A DNA stretch of 64,000 nt from the human T2T-CHM13v2.0 reference genome, Homo sapiens. Positions 46,101-60,700 of this stretch are shown piece by piece. The position numbers and the translations under genes are program-made. The stretch lies in assembly GCF_009914755.1 (NCBI RefSeq), contig NC_060946.1. One strand, 5' to 3'. The notes beneath the pieces were generated by a model. The model was given only the letters and a program-made list of their open reading frames with translations. It made no database searches and was not told the origin of the DNA. Position 1 is the first letter of the stretch; every line of letters starts with the position of its first letter.

Positions 46101-48772
46101 TGCTCCATAAAATTAAATGTTCAACTCTGTGACTTGTATGCAAACACCACTAAGAAGTTTCTGAGAATGTTTCTGTCTAGATTTTAAATGAAGATATTCC
46201 GGTTTCCAAAGAAATCATCAAAGCTGTAAAAATATCCACTTGCAGTTTCTACAAAAAGAGTGTTTCAAAACTGCTATATCAAAAGAAAGGTTCAACTCTG
46301 TTAGTTAAGTACACACATCACAAACTAGTTTCTGAGAATTCTTCTGTCTGGTTTTTATGGGAAGATATTTCCATTTTCACCATAGGCATCAAAGCGCTCC
46401 AAATATCCATTTCCAGAAGCTACAAAAAGTGTGTTTCAAACTTGCTCTATGAAATGGAATGTTCAACTCTGTGACTTGAATGCAAACATCACTAAGAAGT
46501 TACTGAGAAGGCTTCTGTGTAGATTTTATGTGAACATTTTCCCGTTTGCAAAGAAATCGTCAAAGCTATCCAAATATCCACTTGCAGATTCTACAAAAAG
46601 AGTGTCTCAAAACAGCTCTACCAAAAGAAAGGTTCAACTCTGTTAGTTGGGTACACACATCACCAACTAGTTTCTGAGAATTCTTCTGTCTAGTTTTTAT
46701 GGGAAGATATTTCCATTTTCACCACAGGCCTCAAAGCGCTCCAAATATCAACTTCCAGTTACTACAGAAAGAGTGTTTCAAACCTGCTCTATGAAATGGA
46801 ATGTTCAACTCTGTGACTTCAATGCAAACATCACTAAGAGGTTTCTGAGAATGCTTCTGTCTAGATTTTATATGAAGATATTCCCGTTTCCAAGGAAATC
46901 GTCAAAGCTATCCAAATATCTACTTGCAGATTCTACAAAAAGAGTGTTTCAAAACAGCTCTATTAAAAGAAAAGTTCAACTCTGTTAGTTGAGTACCCAC
47001 ATCAGAAACTAGTTTCTGAGTATTCTTCTGTCTAGTTTTTATGGGAAGATATTTCCATTTCCACCATTGGCCTCAAAGTGTTCCAAATGTCCACTTCCAG
47101 ATACTACAGTAAGAGTGTTTCAAACCTGCTCTATGAAAGGGAATGTTGAACTCTGTGACAGGAATGCAAACATCAGAAAGATGTTTCTCAGAATGCTTCT
47201 GTCTAGATTTCATATGAAGATATTCCCGTTTCCAACGAAATCCTCAAAGCTATCTAAATATCCACTTGCAGATTCTACAAAAAGAGTGTTTCAAAACTGC
47301 TGTATTGAAAGAAAGGTTCTACGCTGTTAGTTGAGTACACACATCAGAAACTAGTTTCTGAGATCTCTTCTGTCTAGTTTTTTAGGGAAGATGTTTCCTT
47401 TTTCACCATAGGCCTCAAAGCACTCCAAATGTCCACTTCCAGATGCTACAAAATGAGTGTTTCAAACCTGCTCTATGAAAGGGAATGTTGAACTCTGTGA
47501 CATGAATGTAAACATCACAATGATGTTTCTCAGAATGCTTCTGTCTAGATTTTATATGAAGATATTCCCGTCTCCAACGAAATCCTCAAAGCTATCAAAA
47601 TATCCACTTGCGGATTCTCCAGAAAGACTGTTTCAAAACAACTGTATCAAAAGAAATTTCACCTCTGTGTGTTGAGTACACACATCGCAAACACGTTTCT
47701 GAGAATGCTTCTGTCTTTTTTTTATTGGAAGAGTTTCCCTTTTTCACCATATGCCTCAAAGCGCTCCAAATATCCACTTCTGCATACTACAAAATGAGTG
47801 TTTCAAACCTGCTCTATGAAAGGGAATGTTCAACTCTGTGAATTGAATGCAAACATCACAAAGATGTTTCTCACAGTGCTTTTGTCTAGATTGTATATGA
47901 AGATATTCCCGTTTCCAACGAAATCATCAAAGCTATCCTAATATCCACTTGCAGATTCTACAAAAAGACTGTTTCAAACCTGGTCTATGAAATGGAATGT
48001 TCCACTCTGTGACTTCAATGCAAACAACACTAAGAGGTTTCTGAGAATGCTTCTGTCTAGATTTTATATGAAGATATTCCTGTTTCCATCGAAATCCACA
48101 AATCTATCCAAATATCCACATGCTGTTTCTACAAAAAGAGTGTTCGAACACTGCTCTATCAAAAGAAAGGTTCAAATCTGTTAGTTGAGTACACACATCA
48201 CAAACTAGTTTCTGAGAATTCTTCTGTTTATTTTTTATGGGAAGATATTTCCTTTTTCAGCATAGGCCTGAAAATGCTCCAAATGTCCACTTCCAGATAC
48301 TACAAAAGTGTGTTTCAAACTTGCTCTGTGAAATGGAATGTTCAACTCTGTGACTTGAATGCAAACGTCACTAAGAAGTTTCTGAGAATGTTTCTGTGTA
48401 GATTTTATGTGAATAAATTCCCCTTTCCAACGAAATCCTCAAAGCTATACAAATATCCACTAGCAGATTCTACAAAAAGAGTGTTTCAAAACAGCTCTAT
48501 CAAAAGAAATGTTGAACTCTGTTAGTTGAGTAGACACATCACAAACTAGTTTCTGAGAATTCTTCTGTCTAGTTTTTATGGGAAGATATTTCCATTTTCA
48601 CCATATGCCTCAAAGCGCTCCAAATGTCCACTTCCAGATACTACAAAAAGTGTGTTTCAAACCTGCTCTATTACAGGGAATGTTCAACTCTGTGAGTTGA
48701 ATGCAAACATCACAAAGATGTTTCTCACAATGCTTCTGTCTAGATTTTATATGAAGATATTCCCGTTTCCAA
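43191..48772 (-). repeat. Alpha satellite, divergent and irregular A/B monomers (SF5-like)
   Basis: 171-bp period with adjacent B-B monomers and no homogeneous HOR. Confidence 0.88.
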
Positions 48773-51700
48773 TTGCATTCAACTCCCAGAGTTGGAAATT
48801 CCTTTTCATAGAGTAGTTTTCAAAGACTCTTTTTGTAGAATCTGCAAGTGGTCATTGGAAGCACTTCGAGGCCTTCGTTTGAAATCGGAATACCTTCACA
48901 TAAAAACTAGACAGAATCATTATCAGAAACATGTTTGTTCTTGTTGAACCCTTCTTTTGATAGAGCTGTTTTGAAGCACACTATTTTCAGGATCTGCAAC
49001 TGGACATTTGGTGTGCTTTGAAGCCTATGGTGAAAAAGTAAATATCATAACATAAAAGCTAGACAGAAGCATTCTGAGAATCTTCTTTGTGATGTGTGTA
49101 TTCAACTCACAGAGTTGAACTTTTCCTTGATAGAGCAGATTGGAAACTCTTTTTGTAGAATTTGCAAGTGGATATTTGGACAGCATTGAGGCCTTCGCTG
49201 GAAACAGGAATATCTTCACATAATAACAAGACAGAAGTATTCTCAGAAACTTCTTTGTGATGTGCTCCCTCAACTCACGGAGTTTAACATTTCTTTTGAT
49301 AGAGCAGTTTTGAACCACTCTCTTTGTAGTATCTGCAAGTGGATATTTGATCGCTTTGAGAATTTCGATGGAAACGGGAATATTTTCACATAAAAACTAG
49401 GCAGAAGCATTCTCAGAAACTTCTTTGCGATGCTAGCATTCAACTCACAGAGTTGAACATTCGTTTTCATAGAGCAGTATTGAAACACTCATTTTGTAGA
49501 ATCTGTAAGTGCAAACTTGGTGTGCTTCATAACCAATGGTGAAAAAAGAAATATGTTACCATAAAAACTAGACAGAAGAATTCTCAGAAATTTCTTGTGC
49601 TGGGTGTACTCAACTCACAAAGTTGAACTTTTGTTTTGATAGAGCAGTTTTGAAACTCTCTTTTGGAGAGTCTGCAAGTGGATATTTGGATAGCTTTGAG
49701 GATATCGTTGGAAACGTGAATATCTTCAAATAAACACTAGATGGAAGAATTTTCAGAAACTTCTTTGTGATGTTTGCATTCATCTCACAGAGCTGAACAT
49801 TCCTTTTCGTAGAACAGTTTTGAAACACTCTTTTTGTAGAATCTGCAAGTGGACATTTGAACCGATTTCAGACCCATGGTGAAAAAGGAAATATCTTCAC
49901 ATGAAAAGTAGACAGAAGCATTCTCAGAAACTAATTTGTGATGTGAGTACTCAACTCAAAGAGTTAAACCTTACCCTTGATACAGCAGTTTTGAAACACT
50001 CTTGTTGCAGAATTTACATGTGCATATTAGGACAGCATTGAGGATTTCTTTGGAAACAGGAACATCTTCACATAAAACTAGACAGAAGCATTCTTAGAAA
50101 TTTCTTTTTGATGTGTGCATTCAACTCACAGAGTTGAAACTTTATTTTGATAGAGCAGATTGGAAACCATCTTTTTGTAGAATTTGCAGGTGGATATTTG
50201 GACAGCTTTGAGGACTTCGCTGGAAACGGGTATATCTTCACATGAAACTAGACAGAAGCCTTCTCAGAAACTTCTTTGTGATGCTTGCATTCAACTCACA
50301 GAGTTGAACATTCCTTTTCATAGAACAGTTTTGAAACACTGTTTTTGTAGAATCTGCAAGTGGATATTAGGAAAGCTTTGAGGATTTCGTTGGAATCAGG
50401 AATATCTTCATATAAAAACAAGACAGAAGCATTCTCAGAAACTTCTTTGTGACGTGTGCATTCAACTAACAGAGTGGAAACTTTATTTGATACAGCTGAT
50501 AGGAAACCCTCTTTTTGTAGTATTTGCGATTGGATATTTGGACAGCTTTGAGACCTTCACTGGAAACGGGTATATCTTCACATAAAAACTAGACAGAAAC
50601 ATTCTTAGAAACTTCTTCATGATACTTACATTCAACTCACAGAGTTGAACATTCCTATTCATTGAGCAGTTTTGAAACACTCTTTTTGTAGAATCTGTAA
50701 GTGGAAACTTGGAGCGCTTTGAGGCCTATAGTGGGAAAGGAAATATTTTCCCATAAAAACTAGACAGAAGCATTCTCAGAAACTTCTTTGTGGTCTGTGT
50801 ACTTAAATCACAGGGTTCAACTTTTCTTTAGATAGAGCAGTTTTGAAACACTCTTTTTGTAGAGTCTGAAAGTGGATATTTGGATACCTTTGAGAATTTC
50901 GTTGGAAAGGGGAATAACTTCACATAAAAACGAGACAGAAGCATTCTCAGAAACTTCCTTGTGATGTTTGCATTTAACTAACGGAGTTGAACATTCCCTT
51001 TCATAGAGTAGTTTTGAAGCACTCTTTTTGCAGTATCTGAAAGTGGACATTTGGAGTGCTTTGAGGCCTAAGGTGAAAATGGAAATATCTTCACATAAAA
51101 ACTCTACAGAAGCATTCTCAGAAACTTCTTTGTGATGTGTGCATTCAACTCACAGAGTTGAAACTTTCTTTTGATAAAGCCGATTGGAAACCCACTTTTT
51201 GGAGAATTTGCAAGTGGATATTTGGACAGCTTTGAGGCCTTTGCTTTAAACGGTTATATCTTCACATAAAAACTAGAAAGAAGCATTCTCAGAAACTTCT
51301 TTGAGATGCTTGCATTCAACTCACAGAGTTGAACACTACTTTTCCTATAGCAGTTTTGAAACACCCTTTTTGTAGAATCTGTAGGTGGAAACTTGGAGCC
51401 CTTTGAGGCCTATTGTGAAAAAGGAAATATCTTCCTAGAAAAACTAGACAGAAGGATTCTCAGAAGCTTCTTCGTGATGTGTGTATTCAACTCACAGCGT
51501 TGAACTTTTCTTTTGATAGAGCAGCTTTGACACACTCTTTTTGTAGAGTCTGCAAGTGTATATTTGTATAGCTTTGAGGCTTTCTTTGGAAACGGGAATA
51601 TCTTCACATAATAACTAGACAGAAGCCCTCTCAGAAATTTCTTTGTGATGTTTGCATTCAACTAGCAGTGTTGAACGTTCATTTTCATAGAGCAGTTTTG

Positions 51701-54700
51701 AAACACTATTTTTGTAGAATCTGCAAGTGGACATTTGGAGCGACTTTAGACCTATGGTGGAAAAGGAATTATCTTCACATGAAAAGTAGACAGAAGCATT
51801 CTCAGAAACTATTTGTGGTGCGTGTATTTAACTCAGAGAGTTAAACATTTTCTTTGATACAGCAGTTTTGAATCACCATTCTAGTAGGATTTACAAGTGG
51901 ATATTATGACAGCACTGAGGATTTCATTGGAAACGGGAATATCTTCACATAAGACTAGACAGAAGCATTCTCAGAAACTTATTTGTGATGTGTGCATTCA
52001 ACTCACAGAGTTGAAAATTTCTTTTGATAGAGCAGATTGGAAACACTCTTTTTGTAGAATTTGCAATTGGATATTTGGACAGCATAGAGGACTTTGCTGG
52101 AAAAGGATATATCTTCACATAAAAACTAGACAGAAGCGTTCTCAGAAACTACTTTGTGATGCTTGCATTCAACTCACAGAGTTGAACATTCCTCTTCATA
52201 GAGCAGTTTTGAAACACTCTTTTTGTAGGATCTGTAAGTGGAAACTTGGAGCGATTTGAGGCCTATGGTGAAAAAGGAAATATCCTCTCATAAAAACTAG
52301 ACAGAAGCATCCTCAGAAACTTCTTTGTGATGATTGCCTTCAACTCACTGAGTTTAACATTCCCTTTCATAGAGCAGTTTTGAAACACTCTTTTTGTAGT
52401 AACTGGAATTGGACATATGGAGCGCTTTGAGGCCTGTGGTGAAAAAGGAAATATATTCACATAAAAACTAGACAGAAGCATTCTCAGAAACTTCTTTGGA
52501 ATGTGTGCCCTCAACTCACAGACTTGAACATTTCTTCTGATACATCAGTTTTGAAACACCCTTTTGGTAGAATCTGCAAGTGAATATTTGAATAGCTATG
52601 AGGCTTTTGTTGGAAAAGGGAATATCTTCACATAAAAACTAGAAAGAAGCATTCTCAGAAACTTCTTTGTGATGCTTGCATTCAACTCACAGAGTTGAAC
52701 ATTCCATTTCATATAGCAGTTTTGAAACACTCTTTTTGTAGAATCTGTAAGTGAAAACTTGGAGCGCTTTGAGGCCTATGTTGAAAAAGGATATATCTTC
52801 CCATAAAAACTAGACAGATGAATTCTCAGAAACTTCTTTGTGATGAGTGAACCCAACTCACAGAATTGAACTTTTCTTTTGATACAGCAGTTTTGAAACA
52901 CTCTTTTTGTAGTGTCTGCAAGTGGATATTTGGATATATTTGAGGATTTCGTTGGGAACGGGGATATCCTCACATAAAAACTAGACAGAAGCATTCTCAG
53001 AAACTTCTTTCTGATGTTTGCATTCAACTCACAGAGTTGAACATTCTCTTTCATAGAGCAGTTTTGAAACACTCTTTTTGTAGTATCTGGAAGTGGACAC
53101 TTGGAGTGCTTTGAGGCCTATGGTGAAAAAGGAAATATCCTCCCATAAAAACTAGACAGAAGAATTCTCAGAAACTTCTTTGTGATGTGTGTACTCAGCT
53201 CACAGAGTTGAAATTTTCTTTTGATAGAGCAGTTTTGAAACACGCTTTTTGTAGAGTTTGCAAGTGGATACTTGGTTAGGTTTTTGGATTTCATTGGAAA
53301 CGGGAATATCTTCACGTAAAATCTAGAAAGAAGCTTTCTCAGATACTTCTTTTTGATGTTTGCATTCATCTCACACAGTTCAACATTCCCTTTAATAGAG
53401 CAGTTTTGAAACACTCCTTTGTAGTATCTGGAAGTGGACGTTTGGTGCGATTTGACACATATGGTGAAAAAGGAAATATCTTTACATAAAAAGTAGAAAG
53501 AAACATTATCAGAAACTACTTGGTGATGTGTGTACTCAACTCACAGAGTTAAAACTTTCCTTTGACACGGCAGTTTTGAAGCACTCCTCTTGTAGTATTT
53601 ACAAGTGGATATTAGCACAGTATTGAGGATTTCCTTGGAAACGGGAATATCTTCACATAAAAGTAGACAGAAGCATTCTCAGAAACTTCTTTGCGATGTG
53701 CGCATTAAACTCACAGAGTTGAAAGTTTCTGTAGATAGAGCAGATTGCAAACTATCTTTTTGTAGAATTTGCAAATGGATATTTGGAAGCTTTGAGGTTT
53801 TCGCTGGAAACGGGTATATCTTCATATAAGTACCAGACAGAAGCATTCTCAGAAACTTCTTTGTGATGCTGGCATTCAACTCACAGAGTTGAACATTCCT
53901 TTTCATAGAGCAGTTCTGAAACTGTCTTTTTGTAAAATGCGCAAGTGGAAACTTGGAGCACTTTGAGGCCTATGCTTAAAAAGGAAATATCTTCCCATAA
54001 AAGCTACACAGAAGAATTCTCAGAAACTGCTTTGTGATGTGTGTACTCAACACACACAGGTGAACTTTTCTATTGATAGAGCACTTTTGAAATACTCTTT
54101 TTGTAGAATCTGCAAGTGGATATTCGGATAGTTTTGAGGCTTTCGTTGGAAACGGGAATATCTTCACATAACTAGACAGAAGCATTCTCAGAAACTTCTT
54201 TGTGATGCTTGCATTCAACTCACAAAGTTGAACATTCTCTTTCATAGAGCAGTTTTGAAACACTCTTTTTGTAGTATCTGGAAGTGGACATTTGGAGAGC
54301 TTTGAGGCCTATGGTGAAAAAGGAAATATCTTCACATGAAAATTAGACAGAAGCATTCTCAGAAACTTCTTTGTGATGTGGGTACTCAACTGACAGAGCT
54401 GAAACTTACTTTTGATACAGCATTCTTGAACCTCTCTTTTTGTAGGATCTGCAAGTGGATATTTGGATAGCTTTGAGGCTTTCATTGGAAATGGGAATAT
54501 CTTCACATAAAAACTAGACAGAAGCATTCTCAGAAACTTCTTTGTGATGTGTGTACTCAACTCACAGATTTGAACCTTTCTTTTGATACAGCTGTTTTGA
54601 AACACTCTTTTTGTAGAATCTGCAAGTGCATATTTGGATAGCTTTGAGTCTTTCATTGGAAATGGGAATATCTTCACATAAAAACTAGACAAAAGCATTC

Positions 54701-57700
54701 TCAGAAACTTCTTTGTGATGCTTGCATTCAACTCACAAAGTTGAACATTCCTTTTCATAGAGCACTTTTGATACACTCTTTTTTTGAATCTGTAAGTGGA
54801 AACTTTGATCCTTTTGAAGCCTATGGTGAAAAAGGAAATATCTTCCGAGAAAAACTAGACAGAAGAATTCTCAGAAACTTCTTCGTGATGTGTGTACTCA
54901 ACTCACAGAGTTGAAGTTTTCCTTTAATAGAGCAGTTTTGAAACTCTCTTTTTGTAGAGTCTGCAAGTGGATATTTGGATAGCTTTGAGAATTTCGTTGG
55001 AAACGGGATTATCTTCACATAAAAACTAGACAGAAACATTCTCAAAAAGTTCCTTGTGATGCGTGCATTCAACTCACAGAGTTGAATATGGCTTTTCATG
55101 GAGTAGTATTGAAAACTCTTTTTGTATAATGTGTAAGTGGAAACTTGGAGCGCTTTGAGGCCTATGGAGAAAAAGGAGATATCTTCCCATAAAAACTAGA
55201 CAGAAGAATTCTCAGAAACTTCTTTGTGATGAATGTACTCAACTCACAAAGTTGAAATTTTCTTTTGATAGAGCAGTTTTGAAACACTCTTTTTGTAGAA
55301 TCTGCAAGTGGTTATTTTTTATATCTTTGTGGATTTCATTGGAAACGGGAATATCTTCACGTAAAAACTAGACAGAAGGATTCTCAGAATCTTCTTTGTG
55401 ACGTTTGCATTCATCTCAGAGAGTTGAACATTCCCTTTCAGACAGCAGTTTTGAAACACTCTTTTTGTAGTATCTGGGAGTGAACATTTGAGCACTTTGA
55501 GGCCTATGGTGAGAAACGAAATATCTTCACATAAAAATTAGACAGAAGAATTCTCAGGAACTTCTTGTGATGTGTGTACTCAACTCACAGACTTGAACCT
55601 TTCTTTTGTTACAGCAGATTGAAAAACTCTTTTTGTAGAATCTGCAAGTGGACATTTGGAGCAGTTTGAGACCTATGGTGAAAAGGGAAATATTTTCACA
55701 TAAAAAGTAGACAGAGTAATTCTCAGAAACTTCCTTGTGATGCTTGCTTTCAACTCACAGAGTTGAACATTCCCTTTCATAGAGCAATTTTGAAACACTC
55801 TTTTTGTAGTATCTGGAAGTGGATTTTTGGAGCGATTTGAGACCTATGGTGTAAAAGGAAATATCTTCACATAAAAAAGTAGACAGAAGCATTCTCAGAA
55901 GCGACTTTGTGATGTGTGTACTCAACTTACAGAGTTAAAACTTTCCTTTGATACAGCAGTTTTCAAACACTCTTGTTTTAGAATTTAAAAGTGGGTATTA
56001 GAACTGCATTGAGGATTTCATTGGAAAGGGGATTATCTTCACATAAAACTAAACAGAAGCATTTTCAGAAACTTCTTTGTGATGTGTGCATTCAACTCAC
56101 ACAGTTAAAACTTTCTTTTGGTAGAGCAGATTGGAAATACTCTTTTTGTAGAATTTGCAAGTGGATATTTTGACAGCTATGGGGCCTTCACTGGAAACGG
56201 GTATATCTTCACATAAAAAGAAGACAGAAGAATTCTCACAAACTTCTTTGTGATGCTTGCATTCAACTCACAGAGTTGAGCATTCCTTTTCATAGAACAG
56301 TTTTGAAACACTCTTTTTGTAGAATCTGTAAGTGGAAACTTGGAGACCTTTGTGTCCAATGGTGGAAAAGGAAATATCTTCCCATAAAAACGAGATAGAA
56401 GAATTCTCAGGAACTTATTTTGGAGGTGTGTACTGAACTCATACAGTTGAACTTTTCTTTTGATAGAGCAGTTTTGAAACACTCTTTTTGCATAGTCTGC
56501 AAGTGGATATTTGGTTAGCTTTGAGGATTTCGTTGGAAACGGAATATCTTAACATAAAAACTAGACAGAAACATCCTGAGAAACTTCTTTGTGATGCTTG
56601 CATTCAACTCACAGAGCTGAACATTCCCTTTCATAGAGCAGTTTTGAAACACTGTTTTTGTAGTATCTGGAAGAGGACATTTGAAGTGCTTTGAGGCCTA
56701 TGGTGAAAAAGGAAATATCTTCACATAAAAACTAGACAGAAGCATTCTCAGAAACTACTTTGTGATGTGTGTACTCAACTTACAGAGTTAAAACTTTCCT
56801 TTGATACGGCAGTTTTGAAACACTCTTGTTGTAGAATTTACAAGTGGATATTAGGACAGCTTTGGGGATTTCGTTGGAAAGGGGAATATCTTCACATAAA
56901 ACTAAACAGAAGCATTTTCAGAAACTTTTTGTGATGTGTGCACTCAACTGACAGAGATGAAACTTTCATTTGATAGAGCAGATTGGAAATACTCTTTTAG
57001 TAGAATTTGCAAGTGGATATTTGGACAGCTTGAAGCCTTCGCTGGAAACGGGTATATCTTCACATATAAACAAGACAGAAGCATTCTCAGGAACTTCTTT
57101 GTGATGCTTGCATTCAACTGACAGAGTTGAGCATTCCTCTTCATAGAACAGATTTGAAACACTCTTTTTGTAGAATCTGTAAGTGGAAACTTGGAGCCCT
57201 TTTTATCCAAAGGTGAAAAAGGAAATATCTTCCCATAAAACTAGACAGAATTCTCAGGAACTTCTTTGTGATGTGTGTACTGAACTCATAGTGTTGAACT
57301 TTTCTTTTGATAGAGCAGTTTTGAAACACTCTTTTTGTAGAGTCTGCATGTGGATATTTGGATAGCTTTGAGGATTTCGTTGGAAACAGAATATCTTAAC
57401 ATAAAAGCTAGACAGAAGCATCCCGAGAAACTTCTTTGTGATGCTTGAATTCAACTCACAGAGTTGAACATTCCCTTTCATAGAGCAGTTTTGAAAAACT
57501 CTTTTTGCAGTATCTGGAAGGGGACATTTGGAGCGCTTTGAGGCCTATGGTGAAAAAGGACTATCTTCACATAAAAACTAGACAGAAGCATTCTCAGAAA
57601 CTTCTTTGTGATGTATGTACTCAACTCACAGAGTCGAAGCTTTCTTTTGATACCACAGTTTTGAAACAATTTTTTTTGTAGAATCTGCAATTGGATATTT

Positions 57701-60700
57701 GGATAACTTTGAGGTTTTCAATGGAAACGGGAATATCTTCACATAAAAACTAGACAGAAGCATTGTCAGAAACTTCTTTGTGATGCTTGCATTCAACTCA
57801 CAGAGTTGAACATTCCTTTTCATAGAGTAGTTTTGAAACACTTTTTTTTATTATCTGGGAGTGGACATTTTGACAGCTTTGTGGCTCATCGTGAAAAAGG
57901 AAATATCTTCACATTAAAAGTAGACAGAAGCATCTCAGAAACTTCTTTGTGATGTGGGTACTCAGCTCACACAGTTGAACCTTTCTTTTGATACAGTAGT
58001 TTTGAAACACTCTTTGTGTAGAATCTGCAAGTGGATATTCGGATAGCTTTGAGGATTTCGTTGGAAACGGGAATATCTTCACATAAAAACTAGACAAAAG
58101 CATTCTCAGAAACTTCTTTGTGATGCTTGCATTCAACTCACAGAATTGAACATTCCTTTCCATAGAGCAGTTTTGAAACAATCTTTTTGTAGAAATTGTA
58201 AGTGGAAACGTGAAGTGCTTTGAGGCCTGTGGTGAAAAAGGAAATATCTTCCCATAAAAACTAGACAGAAGAATTCTCAGAAACTTCTTTGTGATATGTG
58301 TACTCAACTCAAAGAGCTGAAGTTTTCTTTTGATAGAGCAGTTTGAAACACTCTTTTTGTACAATCTGTAAGTGGATATAAGGATAGCTTTGTGGATTTC
58401 GTTGGAAACGGGAATACCTTCATATAGAAACTAGACAGAAGCATTCTCAGAAACTACTTTGTGATTTTTCCATTCAACTCACAGAGTTGAACATTCCCTT
58501 TCATAGAGCAGTTTTGAAACACTCTTTTTGTAGTATCTGGAAGTATACATTTGGAGTGTATTAAGGCCTGTGGTGAAAAAGTATATATCTTCACATAAAT
58601 ACCAGACAGAAGCATTCTCAGAAACTTCTTTGTGATGTGTGTACACAACTCATAGAGTTGAACCTTTCTTTTGATGCAGCAGTTTTGAAACACTCTTATT
58701 GTAAAATCTGCAAGTGAATATTTGGATAGCTCTGAGGCTTTCGTTTGAAACAGGAATATCTTCACGTAAAAACTAGACAGAAGCATTCTCAGAAAGTTCT
58801 TTGTGATGCTTGCATTCAACTCACAGAACTGAGCATTCCTTTTCATAGAGCAGTTTTGATACACTCTTTTTGTAGAGTCTGTAAGTGTAAACTTGGAGAG
58901 ATTTGAGGCCTATGGTGAAAAAGGGAATATCTTCACATAAAAACTGGACAGAATAATTCTCAGAAACTTCTTTGTGATGCTTGCATTCAACTCACTGATT
59001 TGAAAGATTCTTTTGATAGACCAATTGTGATACACTCTTTTTGTAGAGTCTGCAAGTGGATATTTGGATTGTTTTGAGGATTTCATTGGAAACTGGAATA
59101 TCTTCACTTAAAAACTAGACAGAAACATTCTCAGAAACTTCCTTGTGTTGTTTGCATTCAACTCACCGAGTTGAACATTCCCTTTCATTGAGCAGTTTGA
59201 GACACTCTTTTTGTAGTATCTGGAAAGGGACATTTGGAGCGATTAAAGACCTATTGTGAAAAAGGAAATATCTTCCCATAAAAACTAGGCAGAAGCATTC
59301 TCAAAAACTAATTTGTGATGTGTGTACTCAACTCACAAAGTTAAACCTTTCATTTGATACAGCAGTTTTGAAACACTCTTCTTGTAGAATTTACAGGTGG
59401 ATATTAGAACAGCATTGTGGATTTCATTGGAAATGGGAATATCTTCACATAAAACTAGACAGAAGCATTCCCAGAAACTTCTTTGTGATGTGTGCATTCA
59501 ACTCACAGAGTTGAAACTTTCTTTTGATAGAGCAGATTGGAAACACTCTTTTTGTAGAATTTGCAAGTGGATATTTGGACAGCTTTGAGGCCTTCGCTGG
59601 AAACGGTTATATCTTCACATAAAAACTAGACCCAGAAGCATTCTCAGAAACTTCTTTGTGATGCTTGCATTCAACTCACAGAGTTGAGCATTCCTTTTAA
59701 TAGAGCAGTTTTGAAACATTCTTTTTGTAGAATCTGTAAGTGGAAACTTGGAGTGCTTTGAGGCCTATGGTGAAAAAGGAAATATCTTCCCATAAAACTA
59801 GGCAGAAGAAATCTCAGAAACTTCTTTGTGATATGTGTACTCAACTCACAGAGTTGAACTTTTCTTTTGATAGAGCAGTTTGAAACACTCTTTTTTTATT
59901 ATTATTATACTGTAAGTCTTAGGGTACATGTGCACATTATTCATGTTAGTCACATATGTATACATTCCATGCTGGTGCGCTGCACACACTAACTCGTCAT
60001 CTAGAACTAGGTATATCACTCAATGCTATCCCTTCCCCCTCCCCCCACCCCACAACAGTCCCCAGAGTGTGATATTCCCCTTCCTGTGTCCATGTGATCT
60101 CATTGTTCAATTCCCACCTATGAGTGGAATATGCGGTGTTTGGTTTTTTGTTGTTACGATAGTTTACTGAGAATGATGATTTCCATTTTCATCCGTGTCC
60201 CAACAAAGGACATGAACTCATCATTTTTTATGGCTGCATAGTATTCCACGGTGTATATGTGTCAGGTTTTCTTAATCCAGTCTATCATTTTTGGACATTT
60301 GCGTTGGTTCCAAGTCTTTGCTATTGTGAATAATGCCGCAATAAACATACTTGTGCATGTGTCTTTATAGCAGCATTCTTTATAGTCCTTTGGGTATATA
60401 CCCATTAATGGGATGGCTTGGTCAAATGGTATTTCTAGTTCTAGATCCCTGAGGAATCGCCACACTGAATTCCACAATGGTTGAATTAGTTTACAGTCCC
60501 ACCAACAGTGTAAAAGTGTTCCTATTTCTCCACATCCTCTCCAGCACTTCTTGTTTCCTGACTTTTTAATGGTTACCATTCTAATTGGTGTGAGATGGTA
60601 TCTCATTGTGGTTTTGATTTGCATTTCTCTGATGGCCAGTGATGATGAGCATTTTTTCATGTGTTTTTTTGACTGCATAAATATCTTCTTTTGAGAAGTG

